From a virus (lineage: Duplodnaviria > Caudoviricetes), in the IMG/VR virus record IMGVR_UViG_2773857666_000003, positions 7,870 through 71,869 of that record: a DNA stretch of 64,000 nucleotides. The stretch is one strand, 5' to 3'. This document shows, piece by piece, positions 56,355-64,000 of this stretch. Both the position numbers and the translations under genes were made by a program. The notes under the pieces are model-generated. The model was not told the origin of the DNA. It saw only the letters and a program-made list of their open reading frames with translations, and searched no databases. Within the stretch, counting starts at the first letter, position 1. Each line of letters opens with the position of its first letter.

Positions 56355-56594
56355 ATGACCGATCAGATTCACCCAGATCCGGCTGAGTTCACGGAAGACG
56401 AACTGACTGCGGATCACATTCTCCGCTATTTCCACTATCGGCATCTGCCGGATGTGCTCCAGGCTGCGTCGAAGCCGTTTTGCGACCTGGCGGCGCACAT
56501 CGTTCGCACCTTGCCCCGTAATCCGGAGCGCACTGTGGCGTTGCGGAAGTTGCTCGAAGCGAAAGACGCGGCAGTTCGCGCCAACGTGCGCTGA
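56355..56594 (+). CDS. Small helical-hairpin protein, possible Acb2/Tad1-like fold
   Basis: FHYRHLP...SKPFCDLA...LPRNPERTVALRKLLEAKDAAVRA. Confidence 0.55.
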   Translation: MTDQIHPDPAEFTEDELTADHILRYFHYRHLPDVLQAASKPFCDLAAHIVRTLPRNPERTVALRKLLEAKDAAVRANVR

Positions 56595-56599
56595 CCCCG

Positions 56600-56782
56600 A
56601 TGCCGGACGAACCCAGCGATGAAGAACTCGACCGGCGACGCAGCGAGATGCGTAACCTGTCGCCCGCTGAACGTCAGATGCTGATCGCATTGGGCATCCT
56701 CGCCGGAAAGGTCATCGACGGCCGACCACATTTTGCACGTGGTCGGATCACCGTCACCACCAGTTACGAGGATATGGCGTGA
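56600..56782 (+). CDS. Hypothetical protein
   Basis: Fits rightward ORF chain. Confidence 0.5.
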   Translation: MPDEPSDEELDRRRSEMRNLSPAERQMLIALGILAGKVIDGRPHFARGRITVTTSYEDMA

Positions 56783-57030
56783 CGGAAACGATCGATTCCC
56801 AAAGCTGGACTGGTCGCGCTCCGTGGGCCGGTAACCCGCTACAGGTCGCGCGCAGGAGGCTGTGCAATCTGCTGTATCCCTCATACGAATGCCAGCAGTG
56901 CGTTGGCCAGGAAGCCCATTGGGGTTGCTACTGCGGCTACCACCTTTGCGTGTCGCCGTGCGTCGGTCCAGGTGCCATCCACCACTGGCTGCGCGGCTTC
57001 GCTGAACGTCATCTCGGGGTTACGCCGTGA
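56779..57030 (+). CDS. Hypothetical Cys-rich protein
   Basis: CQQCVG...GCYC; GTGA overlaps. Confidence 0.55.
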   Translation: MTETIDSQSWTGRAPWAGNPLQVARRRLCNLLYPSYECQQCVGQEAHWGCYCGYHLCVSPCVGPGAIHHWLRGFAERHLGVTP

Positions 57031-58229
57031 CGGCCACCCCAGACCAGCTACCCGCCCACTCAGAATACAGCCCCTCGTCATCCGAAGGCTGGTCGACCTG
57101 TGCCGACTACATCAACGCCAATCGCGGGTTGCCGGACACGACGTCATGGGAAGCTGCGGAAGGCACGGCTGCGCACTGGATTCGCAACGAGTGTCTGATG
57201 AACGGCGAGGATGCCGTCAATTACATCGGCCACATCCAGAAGGTCGAGGAGTGGGAGTTCGAGTGGACGGCTGATGACGCCCGTCTCCTGCAGCCTGGCA
57301 TCGACCGCATCCGGTCATATGATGGCCTGTTCTACGGCGAGCACTGGGTCAATCTGACGACATGGCTCGGAACCGATTCACAGGGTCGCCCGCAAGGTGG
57401 CACCCTGGACGGCGGCATCATCACCGACGACCTAATTTGCGTCGACGACGAAAAATGGGGTCGCGGCGTTCCCGTCAGCCCGATCCGCAACAAGCAGCTT
57501 ATGCTGTATGCACTCGGCTTCTGGGAATCGATCGCCCGTCACAAGACGCAGGCAACTCGTTTCCTGCTGCGGATCGACCAGCCGCGACACCTGGCAGGCG
57601 GCGGCGAGTGGGAAACCAACCTCGACGAACTGCTGGCATTCGGTGAGTGGATCAAGGAGCGCGTCGCCGCCACGAAACAGCCGAACCCGCCGCGCACCGC
57701 CAGCCTCAAAGGCTGCATGTGGTGTCGACGCAAGGAGGCAACCGGCGGCTGCGATACCTACGACGCCTACATGGTGGAAACGCTCGGTCTGGAGTTCGAC
57801 GACTTGGACAACCCGCCACTGCAAATCGAGAAGCCCCTGACCCCGGAGCGCCGCCGCGTGCTGCTCGACCACAGCAGCGCCATCGAGAAGTGGCTGGAAC
57901 GCCTCAGCGACGAGTGCCTGGAAGACTATATGGCGGGGCGCCCAACCGGCGGCCTGAAGGCGATCGACGGCCGCAAGTCGCCGGATGCCTGGATCGACGA
58001 GAAGACGGTTGCTACGCCGATCCTCCAAGGGCTTCTTGGCGACCGCAGTTTCACGTCTAAATTGATTACACCGACGCAAGCGTGTAAGAACTTCAACCTT
58101 GATGATTTCGACCTTCTCCTCCTCGCACCGCACATCAAACGTGGCCAGCGAAAGCCGACCCTGGTGCCAGAGGAAGTAGACCGGCCCGCACTGACGCGCG
58201 CCAACGAGTTCGACGATCTCGATTCTTAA
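57027..58229 (+). CDS. DUF2800 Cas4-like/PD-(D/E)xK exonuclease
   Basis: HSEYSPSS..W..C, AAEGTAAH, GTLD, DEKWGRG, NKQLMLYALG, CMWC. Confidence 0.85.
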   Translation: MTATPDQLPAHSEYSPSSSEGWSTCADYINANRGLPDTTSWEAAEGTAAHWIRNECLMNGEDAVNYIGHIQKVEEWEFEWTADDARLLQPGIDRIRSYDGLFYGEHWVNLTTWLGTDSQGRPQGGTLDGGIITDDLICVDDEKWGRGVPVSPIRNKQLMLYALGFWESIARHKTQATRFLLRIDQPRHLAGGGEWETNLDELLAFGEWIKERVAATKQPNPPRTASLKGCMWCRRKEATGGCDTYDAYMVETLGLEFDDLDNPPLQIEKPLTPERRRVLLDHSSAIEKWLERLSDECLEDYMAGRPTGGLKAIDGRKSPDAWIDEKTVATPILQGLLGDRSFTSKLITPTQACKNFNLDDFDLLLLAPHIKRGQRKPTLVPEEVDRPALTRANEFDDLDS

Positions 58230-58260
58230 AACCGTCACCTGCAACCGAGGAAACCCGTAA

Positions 58261-58965
58261 ATGGCTACCAATAACAAGTTCGTTCGGACTTACGATGACG
58301 ATGCCCGTGTCGTCATGCTGAAAGGCGTCCGGCTGTCGTTCTCCGAGTCCCTGAAGGACAAGAAGGCGACCGTGGAAGACGGTGAACCGAAGCACAGCAG
58401 CAACATCATCATCGAAGCCGATCAGCCAGGCTTCGAGGAGAAGAAGCAGGCCATCGTCGCCGCGATGAAGGCTGCCTGTGAAAAGGCGAAGAAGCCTGCC
58501 GATTACTTCAAGGTGATCGCTGAAGATGCCCCGAAACGCGTCTCTTACCGCAAGGGTGAGCGCTTCAAGAACAAGGATGGCGTCGTCTATGAAGGCTACG
58601 CGGGCAATATGGCGATATCGGCTTCCGGGCCGAAGCGCGGCCAGCAGCGTCCTACCCTGTTCTCTCGCAACAAGCGCAAACTGGGTGCACCCGGCCAGGA
58701 AGGCTGCTTCACGGTCGATGATATCCCTGAGATCTTCTACGGCGGCACCTACAGCGACGTGAAGGTGTCGTTTTACTACACCGATAAGGGTGGCGACGGC
58801 CTCTTCGCTACCATCGAGAGCATCCGGTCGCTGGAGACCGGCGAACGCATGGCCGGCGGCGGCATCACGACCACGGCTGACGAGTACGACGATGCCGATG
58901 ACGACGATGGCTTCGACGGCGGTGCCGGTGGCTCGTCTTCGTCGAAGGGCGACGACTTCGACTGA
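58261..58965 (+). CDS. DUF2815 single-stranded DNA-binding protein (T7 gp2.5-like)
   Basis: VRLSF, FYGG, GERMAGG, acidic tail ending DDFD; between DUF2800 and polymerase. Confidence 0.85.
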   Translation: MATNNKFVRTYDDDARVVMLKGVRLSFSESLKDKKATVEDGEPKHSSNIIIEADQPGFEEKKQAIVAAMKAACEKAKKPADYFKVIAEDAPKRVSYRKGERFKNKDGVVYEGYAGNMAISASGPKRGQQRPTLFSRNKRKLGAPGQEGCFTVDDIPEIFYGGTYSDVKVSFYYTDKGGDGLFATIESIRSLETGERMAGGGITTTADEYDDADDDDGFDGGAGGSSSSKGDDFD

Positions 58966-58976
58966 GTGAACTGTGG

Positions 58977-59005
58977 CGCCGGGTGGATGATTCTGCCCGG
59001 CGTTT
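58977..59005 (+). terminator. Terminator-like hairpin followed by 15-bp box
   Basis: CGCCGGGTGGA-loop-TCTGCCCGGCG-TTT; box TCACGTAGTGCGTGA at 59005. Confidence 0.6.
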
Positions 59006-59033
59006 CACGTAGTGCGTGATTATGGGGTGAATT

Positions 59034-60953
59034 GTGTCAGATCAGAAGCCAGACGTGCTCGCGGACATCGAAATCTATCACGACTTCGCCTATTTCGCGT
59101 TCGAGCGCGTATCCGATGGCAAGAAGATCGGCATCGAGGTTTCTCGTCGCACGGATCGCGCCGAAGACGACGCCAAGCGTGACAAGGTTCGCGGCATCCT
59201 GCTGCGCAACAGGATCATCACCTTCAACGGCCAGTCCTACGACGCCCCGCTGCTCTGGTACTTCGTCTTCGGCGCCACCAATGCGCAGCTAAAGAAGGCC
59301 AGTGACCGCATCATCCTGGGGAACGTCCGTTACTGGGAAGTCGAGGATCTGCTGCAAATCCAAATCCCGCGCAGCTTCACTCATATCGATATGATCGAGC
59401 CGCAACCAAACGCCTTCGCGTCGCTGAAGACGCTGAACGGCCGTTTACACGGCAAGCGGATGCAGGATCTGCCGGTGGAGCCTGATGCCAGGCTCACCGA
59501 CGGGGAAATGGACGGTCTGATCGACTACTGCGCGAACAGCGACATACCGGCATCGCGTCGGCTGCTGGATGCCTTGGTCGAACCTCTCGCGATGCGGGAA
59601 GCGCTGTCGAAGGAGTACGGCGTCAACTTCATGTCGAAGTCGGACAGCCAGATCGGCGAAGGCATCATCAAGAAGCGCGTCGAGCAGGCAACTGGTTCCA
59701 GAGTCACCCGGATCGACACACCCGCGGGCACGTCGTTCCCTTACAAGATGCCCGATTGGCTGCGTTTCGAGACGCCACAGTTGCAGGCGATCCTCGACCG
59801 GCTGCGGGATACCGAGTTCTACGTCAAATCTGACGGCAAGGTGGAGATGCCGAAGTGGCTGTCCGACGCTAACCTGACGATCGGCGACACAACTTACGCG
59901 ATGGGCATCGGCGGGCTACACTCCACCGAGTCGAACCGGGCCGTCCACAGCGATGAGGACCACCAGCTTCGAGATTTTGACGTCGCGAGCTACTACCCGG
60001 CCATCATTCTCGGCTCCGGCTTGTATCCGAAGTCGCTTGGCCCGTCATTCCTCGACGTTTACCGGAAGATCCGTGAAGACCGCATCGTCGCCAAGCGCGC
60101 CGGCAACAAGGTCGTCGATATGGGCCTCAAGATTGCGCTCAACGGCGTATTCGGGAAGCTCGGCAGCCGCTATTCCATCCTCTACGCCCCACACCTGCTG
60201 ATCACGGTCACCCTCACCGGGCAGCTCGCCCTGCTGATGCTGATCGAGCGCGCCGAGCAAGCCGGCATCCCGGTTGTGTCGGGCAACACCGACGGCGTCG
60301 TCTTCCGTTTCCAGCGCGACCGCGAAGACGAGCTGCTGGCGATCACGAAGCAGTGGGAGGCTGAGACCGGTTTCGAGTTGGAGGCAACCGATTACGAGTC
60401 GCTCTACAACCTGTCGGTCAACACCTACATCGCCGTGAAGCCAGACGGAAAGGTCAAGCGCAAGGGCACCCTCAGCAACCCGTGGCGGGAAAAAGACATC
60501 CGCGGCATGCTGATGAAGAACCCAAACGCGGTCATCTGCTCCGATGCCGTGGTCGAGTTGATCGTCAACGGGACACCGATCGAAGAAACGATACGCGGCT
60601 GCACGGATATCCGCGACTTCGTGACCGTGGTGAACGTCAAGGGTGGCGGCACCTGGCGCGACGGGTATCTCGGGAAGGTAGTCAGATATTACTGGGCACG
60701 CGGCGGCGAGGAAATCTTCTACAAGACGCCGCACGAGCGCACCGGCAACTTCAAGAAAGTGCCGCGGACGGACGGCTGCCGGCCACTGATGGACCTGCCT
60801 GACGAGTTGCCGGCTAACATCGACTACGACCGGTATATCGCCGAGGCCAACGAGATCCTGATGGATATCGGCTACACGGAGCGGCCGCCAGTGGTGAAGC
60901 CCATCCGGCTGTTTAAGTATAACGCCGTGGCGTATTTCGCGCTGGCGGTATGA
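59034..60953 (+). CDS. DNA polymerase, family B
   Basis: DIE and FNG..YD exonuclease motifs; DVASYYP, KIALNGVFGK, NTDG. Confidence 0.92.
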   Translation: MSDQKPDVLADIEIYHDFAYFAFERVSDGKKIGIEVSRRTDRAEDDAKRDKVRGILLRNRIITFNGQSYDAPLLWYFVFGATNAQLKKASDRIILGNVRYWEVEDLLQIQIPRSFTHIDMIEPQPNAFASLKTLNGRLHGKRMQDLPVEPDARLTDGEMDGLIDYCANSDIPASRRLLDALVEPLAMREALSKEYGVNFMSKSDSQIGEGIIKKRVEQATGSRVTRIDTPAGTSFPYKMPDWLRFETPQLQAILDRLRDTEFYVKSDGKVEMPKWLSDANLTIGDTTYAMGIGGLHSTESNRAVHSDEDHQLRDFDVASYYPAIILGSGLYPKSLGPSFLDVYRKIREDRIVAKRAGNKVVDMGLKIALNGVFGKLGSRYSILYAPHLLITVTLTGQLALLMLIERAEQAGIPVVSGNTDGVVFRFQRDREDELLAITKQWEAETGFELEATDYESLYNLSVNTYIAVKPDGKVKRKGTLSNPWREKDIRGMLMKNPNAVICSDAVVELIVNGTPIEETIRGCTDIRDFVTVVNVKGGGTWRDGYLGKVVRYYWARGGEEIFYKTPHERTGNFKKVPRTDGCRPLMDLPDELPANIDYDRYIAEANEILMDIGYTERPPVVKPIRLFKYNAVAYFALAV

Positions 60954-61225
60954 AAACGACGGTCGTCCATAAACGGAACCGACATGATGTTTATATCGGT
61001 CGACCGAGCAAATGGGGAAATCCGTTTGCGATCGGGCGTGATGGCGATCGTGACGAGGTGATTGCGAAGTATCGCTTGTGGATTGTCCGCCAACCGGCCC
61101 TACTGGCGGCACTACCTGAATTGCGCGGACTGAGGCTCGGTTGCTTCTGCGCACCCTTGGCCTGCCACGGTCACGTTCTAGCCGAACTCGCAGACGCTGT
61201 GGACGATTTCGAGCATCTTCTGTGA
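60950..61225 (+). CDS. DUF4326 family protein
   Basis: DVYIGRPSKWGNPF...LGCFCAPLACHGHVL. Confidence 0.88.
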   Translation: MKTTVVHKRNRHDVYIGRPSKWGNPFAIGRDGDRDEVIAKYRLWIVRQPALLAALPELRGLRLGCFCAPLACHGHVLAELADAVDDFEHLL

Positions 61226-62823
61226 TCCTGCCACCACGCGACGCGCTATACGCCAGCATCGCGGCGGGAACCTGGCCGAACATCGCCCCGTTCACCCCGG
61301 TCCCACTCGACCCGGATCTGTTCGACCCCGGCCTGCACTGGTGGCAGTATGACCTGCTATGCGACGTCGCCGCGCTGTTCCGCGCCGGGTATCGCCGCGT
61401 CCTGCTGCAGTGTCCCACCGGCGGCGGAAAGACGGTCATGGCGCTATCGGCGCTCATGTCAGCCCGTCGCCAAGGGTTGAATGCTCAGTTCCTCGTCCAC
61501 CGTAAGGAGCTGCTGAAGCAGACCAGCAAGACATTCACATCAGCCGCACTCGACCACAGCTTCGTCGCGGCTGACTTCCCGTTCGATCCTGGAGCCGGGC
61601 TGCTACTGTCCGGTGTCCAGACGCTAATCAAGCGCACCCGGTTGATCCTGCCGCCGGTGCTCGTCATCATCGACGAGGCGCATCATGCCGTGTCGAACAC
61701 CTACGCGCAGATCCTCGAACAGTGGCCGGATGCCTTCCTCCTTCTGCTGACCGCCACCCCGGAGCGATTGGACGGCCGCGGGTTGGAGGAACATGCTGAC
61801 GCGATGGTGCACGGCCCGCAGCCGCGGTGGCTGATCGACAACGGTTACCTGTCTGACTTCGATCTGTACGCACCCGACATTCCGGATTTCACCGGCGTCC
61901 CGTCCACCGGCGGCGAGTACCAGCCTGACGCGGCGGCTGCGGTCATGAACAAGCCGAAGCTCGTCGGCAACGTGGTCGAGCACTACCTGGAATTGGCCAA
62001 CGGCGTCCAGGGCATCGTGTTCGGCCAGAATGTCGAGCACAGCCGGAAGCTGGCCGAGGCGTTCAACGCCTATGGCATCCCCGCGATGCATGTCGACGGC
62101 AAGACCGGTACCAAGGAGCGAGACTATTTCGATGACGCGTTTCGGGCCGGCGACATTCGAATCGGGTGCAACTGTGATCTCTTCGCCGAAGGCTACGACG
62201 TACCGAACATCGGCTATCTCGGCGACGCCGGTCGATCGAAGTCGCGCATCAAGGTCAAGCAGCGACACGGCCGCCCGATACGGTACGTGCCAGGCAAGCG
62301 GGCGGTCATCTGCGACCATGCGGGCAACGCGCTGCCGCCTTGGCTCGGTGGCCAGGGTCACGGCTTGCCAGATGAGGACTACATCTATTCCCTGACCGGT
62401 CGTTCGAAGAAGGCGACCACGAACGCAGGTCAGGACGCCACATCGATCACGCAATGCCTGTCCTGCTTCCGCGTCTACCCGTCTTCAGCATCGCAGTGCC
62501 CCGGTTGCGCCGCCGATCGCCCGCTGCAACCCCGCGTCGTGCGCGAGGTCGCTGGCAAGCTGTCGAAGGTCGAGCGCGAGGCGATGCAGCGCGCGAAGAC
62601 GGCAACGCGGAAGGCCGAGGAATCTGCCTGCGAGACCTACGACGAGTTCGTCTCGCTCGGGAAGGCGCGCGGCTACGAGTTCCCGGCGCAGTGGGCGAAA
62701 CGGCAGTGCAAGTTCCGCCGCATCCCCATCACCTCCGACGGTGACTGGTATCGCGAGTACGACGGCGCCAGCGACTACGACGATGTCGACACCCCTACCC
62801 CGCGAGTGAGTGACTATGACTGA
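61222..62823 (+). CDS. Superfamily 2 DEAH helicase with zinc finger
   Basis: PTGGGKT, DEAHH, TATP, EGYDVP, C..C/C..C. Confidence 0.92.
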   Translation: MILPPRDALYASIAAGTWPNIAPFTPVPLDPDLFDPGLHWWQYDLLCDVAALFRAGYRRVLLQCPTGGGKTVMALSALMSARRQGLNAQFLVHRKELLKQTSKTFTSAALDHSFVAADFPFDPGAGLLLSGVQTLIKRTRLILPPVLVIIDEAHHAVSNTYAQILEQWPDAFLLLLTATPERLDGRGLEEHADAMVHGPQPRWLIDNGYLSDFDLYAPDIPDFTGVPSTGGEYQPDAAAAVMNKPKLVGNVVEHYLELANGVQGIVFGQNVEHSRKLAEAFNAYGIPAMHVDGKTGTKERDYFDDAFRAGDIRIGCNCDLFAEGYDVPNIGYLGDAGRSKSRIKVKQRHGRPIRYVPGKRAVICDHAGNALPPWLGGQGHGLPDEDYIYSLTGRSKKATTNAGQDATSITQCLSCFRVYPSSASQCPGCAADRPLQPRVVREVAGKLSKVEREAMQRAKTATRKAEESACETYDEFVSLGKARGYEFPAQWAKRQCKFRRIPITSDGDWYREYDGASDYDDVDTPTPRVSDYD

Positions 62824-63226
62824 CGATTTCGACAGCCTGCTACCGGCGCCATCTTCCGAGAAGAAAATTCTGAACGATATATTGATCGAGGTTTCCGCGC
62901 TGCCTAGAACAATGGTGTACCGTCAAAATACGGGCCAGGCGTGGCAGGGGCGGCCCTGTGATGTGCCGGTGGGGGAATATATCAAAGTGTTACCGGGAAT
63001 GAAGATCCTCGCTGAGGCGCGTCCTATATCGTTTGGGCTACTCGGCGCAGGTGACGCAGTCGGATCAACTAACGGTAGACCGTTACAAATTGAGACAAAA
63101 ACACTTACTGGTAGACAGCGTGAGGTCCAGGTGGCGTTCGGGAGAGCGTGGGAAAAGGCCGGGGGTATCTATCTTTTGGCACGGTCAGTTGACGAATGCC
63201 TATCCAAAATAGCAGTCAGTCAGTAA
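62816..63226 (+). CDS. VRR-NUC domain nuclease
   Basis: GAGD....IETKT..GRQREVQ..F....GG.Y..ARS. Confidence 0.8.
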   Translation: MTDDFDSLLPAPSSEKKILNDILIEVSALPRTMVYRQNTGQAWQGRPCDVPVGEYIKVLPGMKILAEARPISFGLLGAGDAVGSTNGRPLQIETKTLTGRQREVQVAFGRAWEKAGGIYLLARSVDECLSKIAVSQ

Positions 63227-63227
63227 T

Positions 63228-63282
63228 TCAACTCTTACTTGACCTTCTCGTGAAACCCGTGCATCTTTCAACTCACAGTTGA
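63228..63282 (+). promoter_or_regulatory. Promoter of HTH regulator flanked by two 15-bp boxes
   Basis: TCAACTCTTACTTGA (63228), TCAACTCACAGTTGA (63268); TTGACC-N17-CATCTT. Confidence 0.65.
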
Positions 63283-63301
63283 ATTAGAAAGGGACGCGAA
63301 G

Positions 63302-64000
63302 ATGGCCACGATGACAAAAGAAAGGATGCCGGAGACAGTGAGTACCACCCGTCTTGTACGGCGCCCCAACGCCGCCAGAGACCGCGAGGCGTTTGCCCGT
63401 CGGTTGAACTCTGCTGCAGACGGTCACCCGCACTGCCCGCCGCTCCACCACGGGCGGCTGACGTGGCTGCGCGACGAGCTGCAAAAGCGGATGAAGATGG
63501 ATGTCACTGTCGAAAGCGTTCGCAAATGGTTGGCCGGTGAGACGAAACCCCATCAGGACAAGATCCTGGCGCTGGCTGAAATCCTCCGCGTCACTCCGGG
63601 ATTCCTTGCGATCGGCGAAGAAGGCACACCTCGCGAACAGAAGGCCCGTGGCAAACTGGTCGACGGAGCCGTCAACATCGTAGCCGGTTTGATCCAAATG
63701 GACGGCGGCAGCGTTGCGTTTCCGGACAAGGATGGTCCCGTCGATCTCCACGCCATCATCAAGGCCGGCCACTACAGCTTCAACGTCGCGGCGCAGGACG
63801 CGACAGGTAAGTTCCAGGTGCCGCTCGATTACGAAGAGTTGATCGTTCTCGGCGTCGTGAAGAAGGGCTTCTCGTTTCGCTTATTCGAGATCACTGCCGA
63901 CACGATCGCCGAGAACGGCAAGCGCAAAGGCTCGACCATTGACGTCGAAGTCGATGTCGAGACGCTGCGTGAGATATCGAGCTTCGAGCAACGCATCTAA
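63302..64000 (+). CDS. XRE-type HTH transcriptional regulator, candidate repressor
   Basis: FARRL...VTVESVRKWLAGETKP..DKILALAEILRVTPGFL. Confidence 0.8.
   Translation: MATMTKERMPETVSTTRLVRRPNAARDREAFARRLNSAADGHPHCPPLHHGRLTWLRDELQKRMKMDVTVESVRKWLAGETKPHQDKILALAEILRVTPGFLAIGEEGTPREQKARGKLVDGAVNIVAGLIQMDGGSVAFPDKDGPVDLHAIIKAGHYSFNVAAQDATGKFQVPLDYEELIVLGVVKKGFSFRLFEITADTIAENGKRKGSTIDVEVDVETLREISSFEQRI

Noticed and set aside
57027-58229. Cas4-like nuclease as sign of a CRISPR system
   Set aside because: It sits in the usual DUF2800-DUF2815-polymerase phage context; no repeat-spacer array or other cas genes were seen.
1-64000. Integrated prophage or integration module
   Set aside because: No integrase, att site, partition genes or host flanking genes were recognised. 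Lifestyle cannot be settled because part of the genome lies outside the window.

Overview
Most of the genome of a high-GC tailed dsDNA phage (siphovirus), circularly permuted so that the window opens in the 3' end of the large terminase gene. It has a lambda-type head module (gpW, portal, S49 protease, decoration protein, major capsid) and a long non-contractile tail module with a lambda G/T-type -1 frameshift. It also has a holin/SAR-endolysin/split-spanin lysis cassette, two leftward accessory and nucleotide-metabolism arms, a candidate cos site and replication origin near 52.2-52.6 kb, and a replication module (primase-helicase, DUF2800 nuclease, DUF2815 SSB, family B polymerase, SF2 helicase, VRR-NUC) ending in an HTH regulator. 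A GapR-like gene plus CtrA- and LexA-type boxes point to an alphaproteobacterial host. No integrase, tRNA or CRISPR array was seen. Three observations stand out. (1) A short acidic-hydrophobic peptide tag, DDF[D/E] usually followed by xL/xF, sits at the termini of about ten unrelated proteins and matches the SSB tail. (2) More than 20 copies of a 15-bp palindromic box (TCAACT/TCACGT-N3-AGTTGA/ACGTGA) lie at promoters and gene starts genome-wide, often fused to GANTC sites. (3) A low-GC control island at 32.9-33.4 kb combines a CtrA box, a LexA box and two phage boxes. All product calls come from motif recognition and gene order, not database searches.
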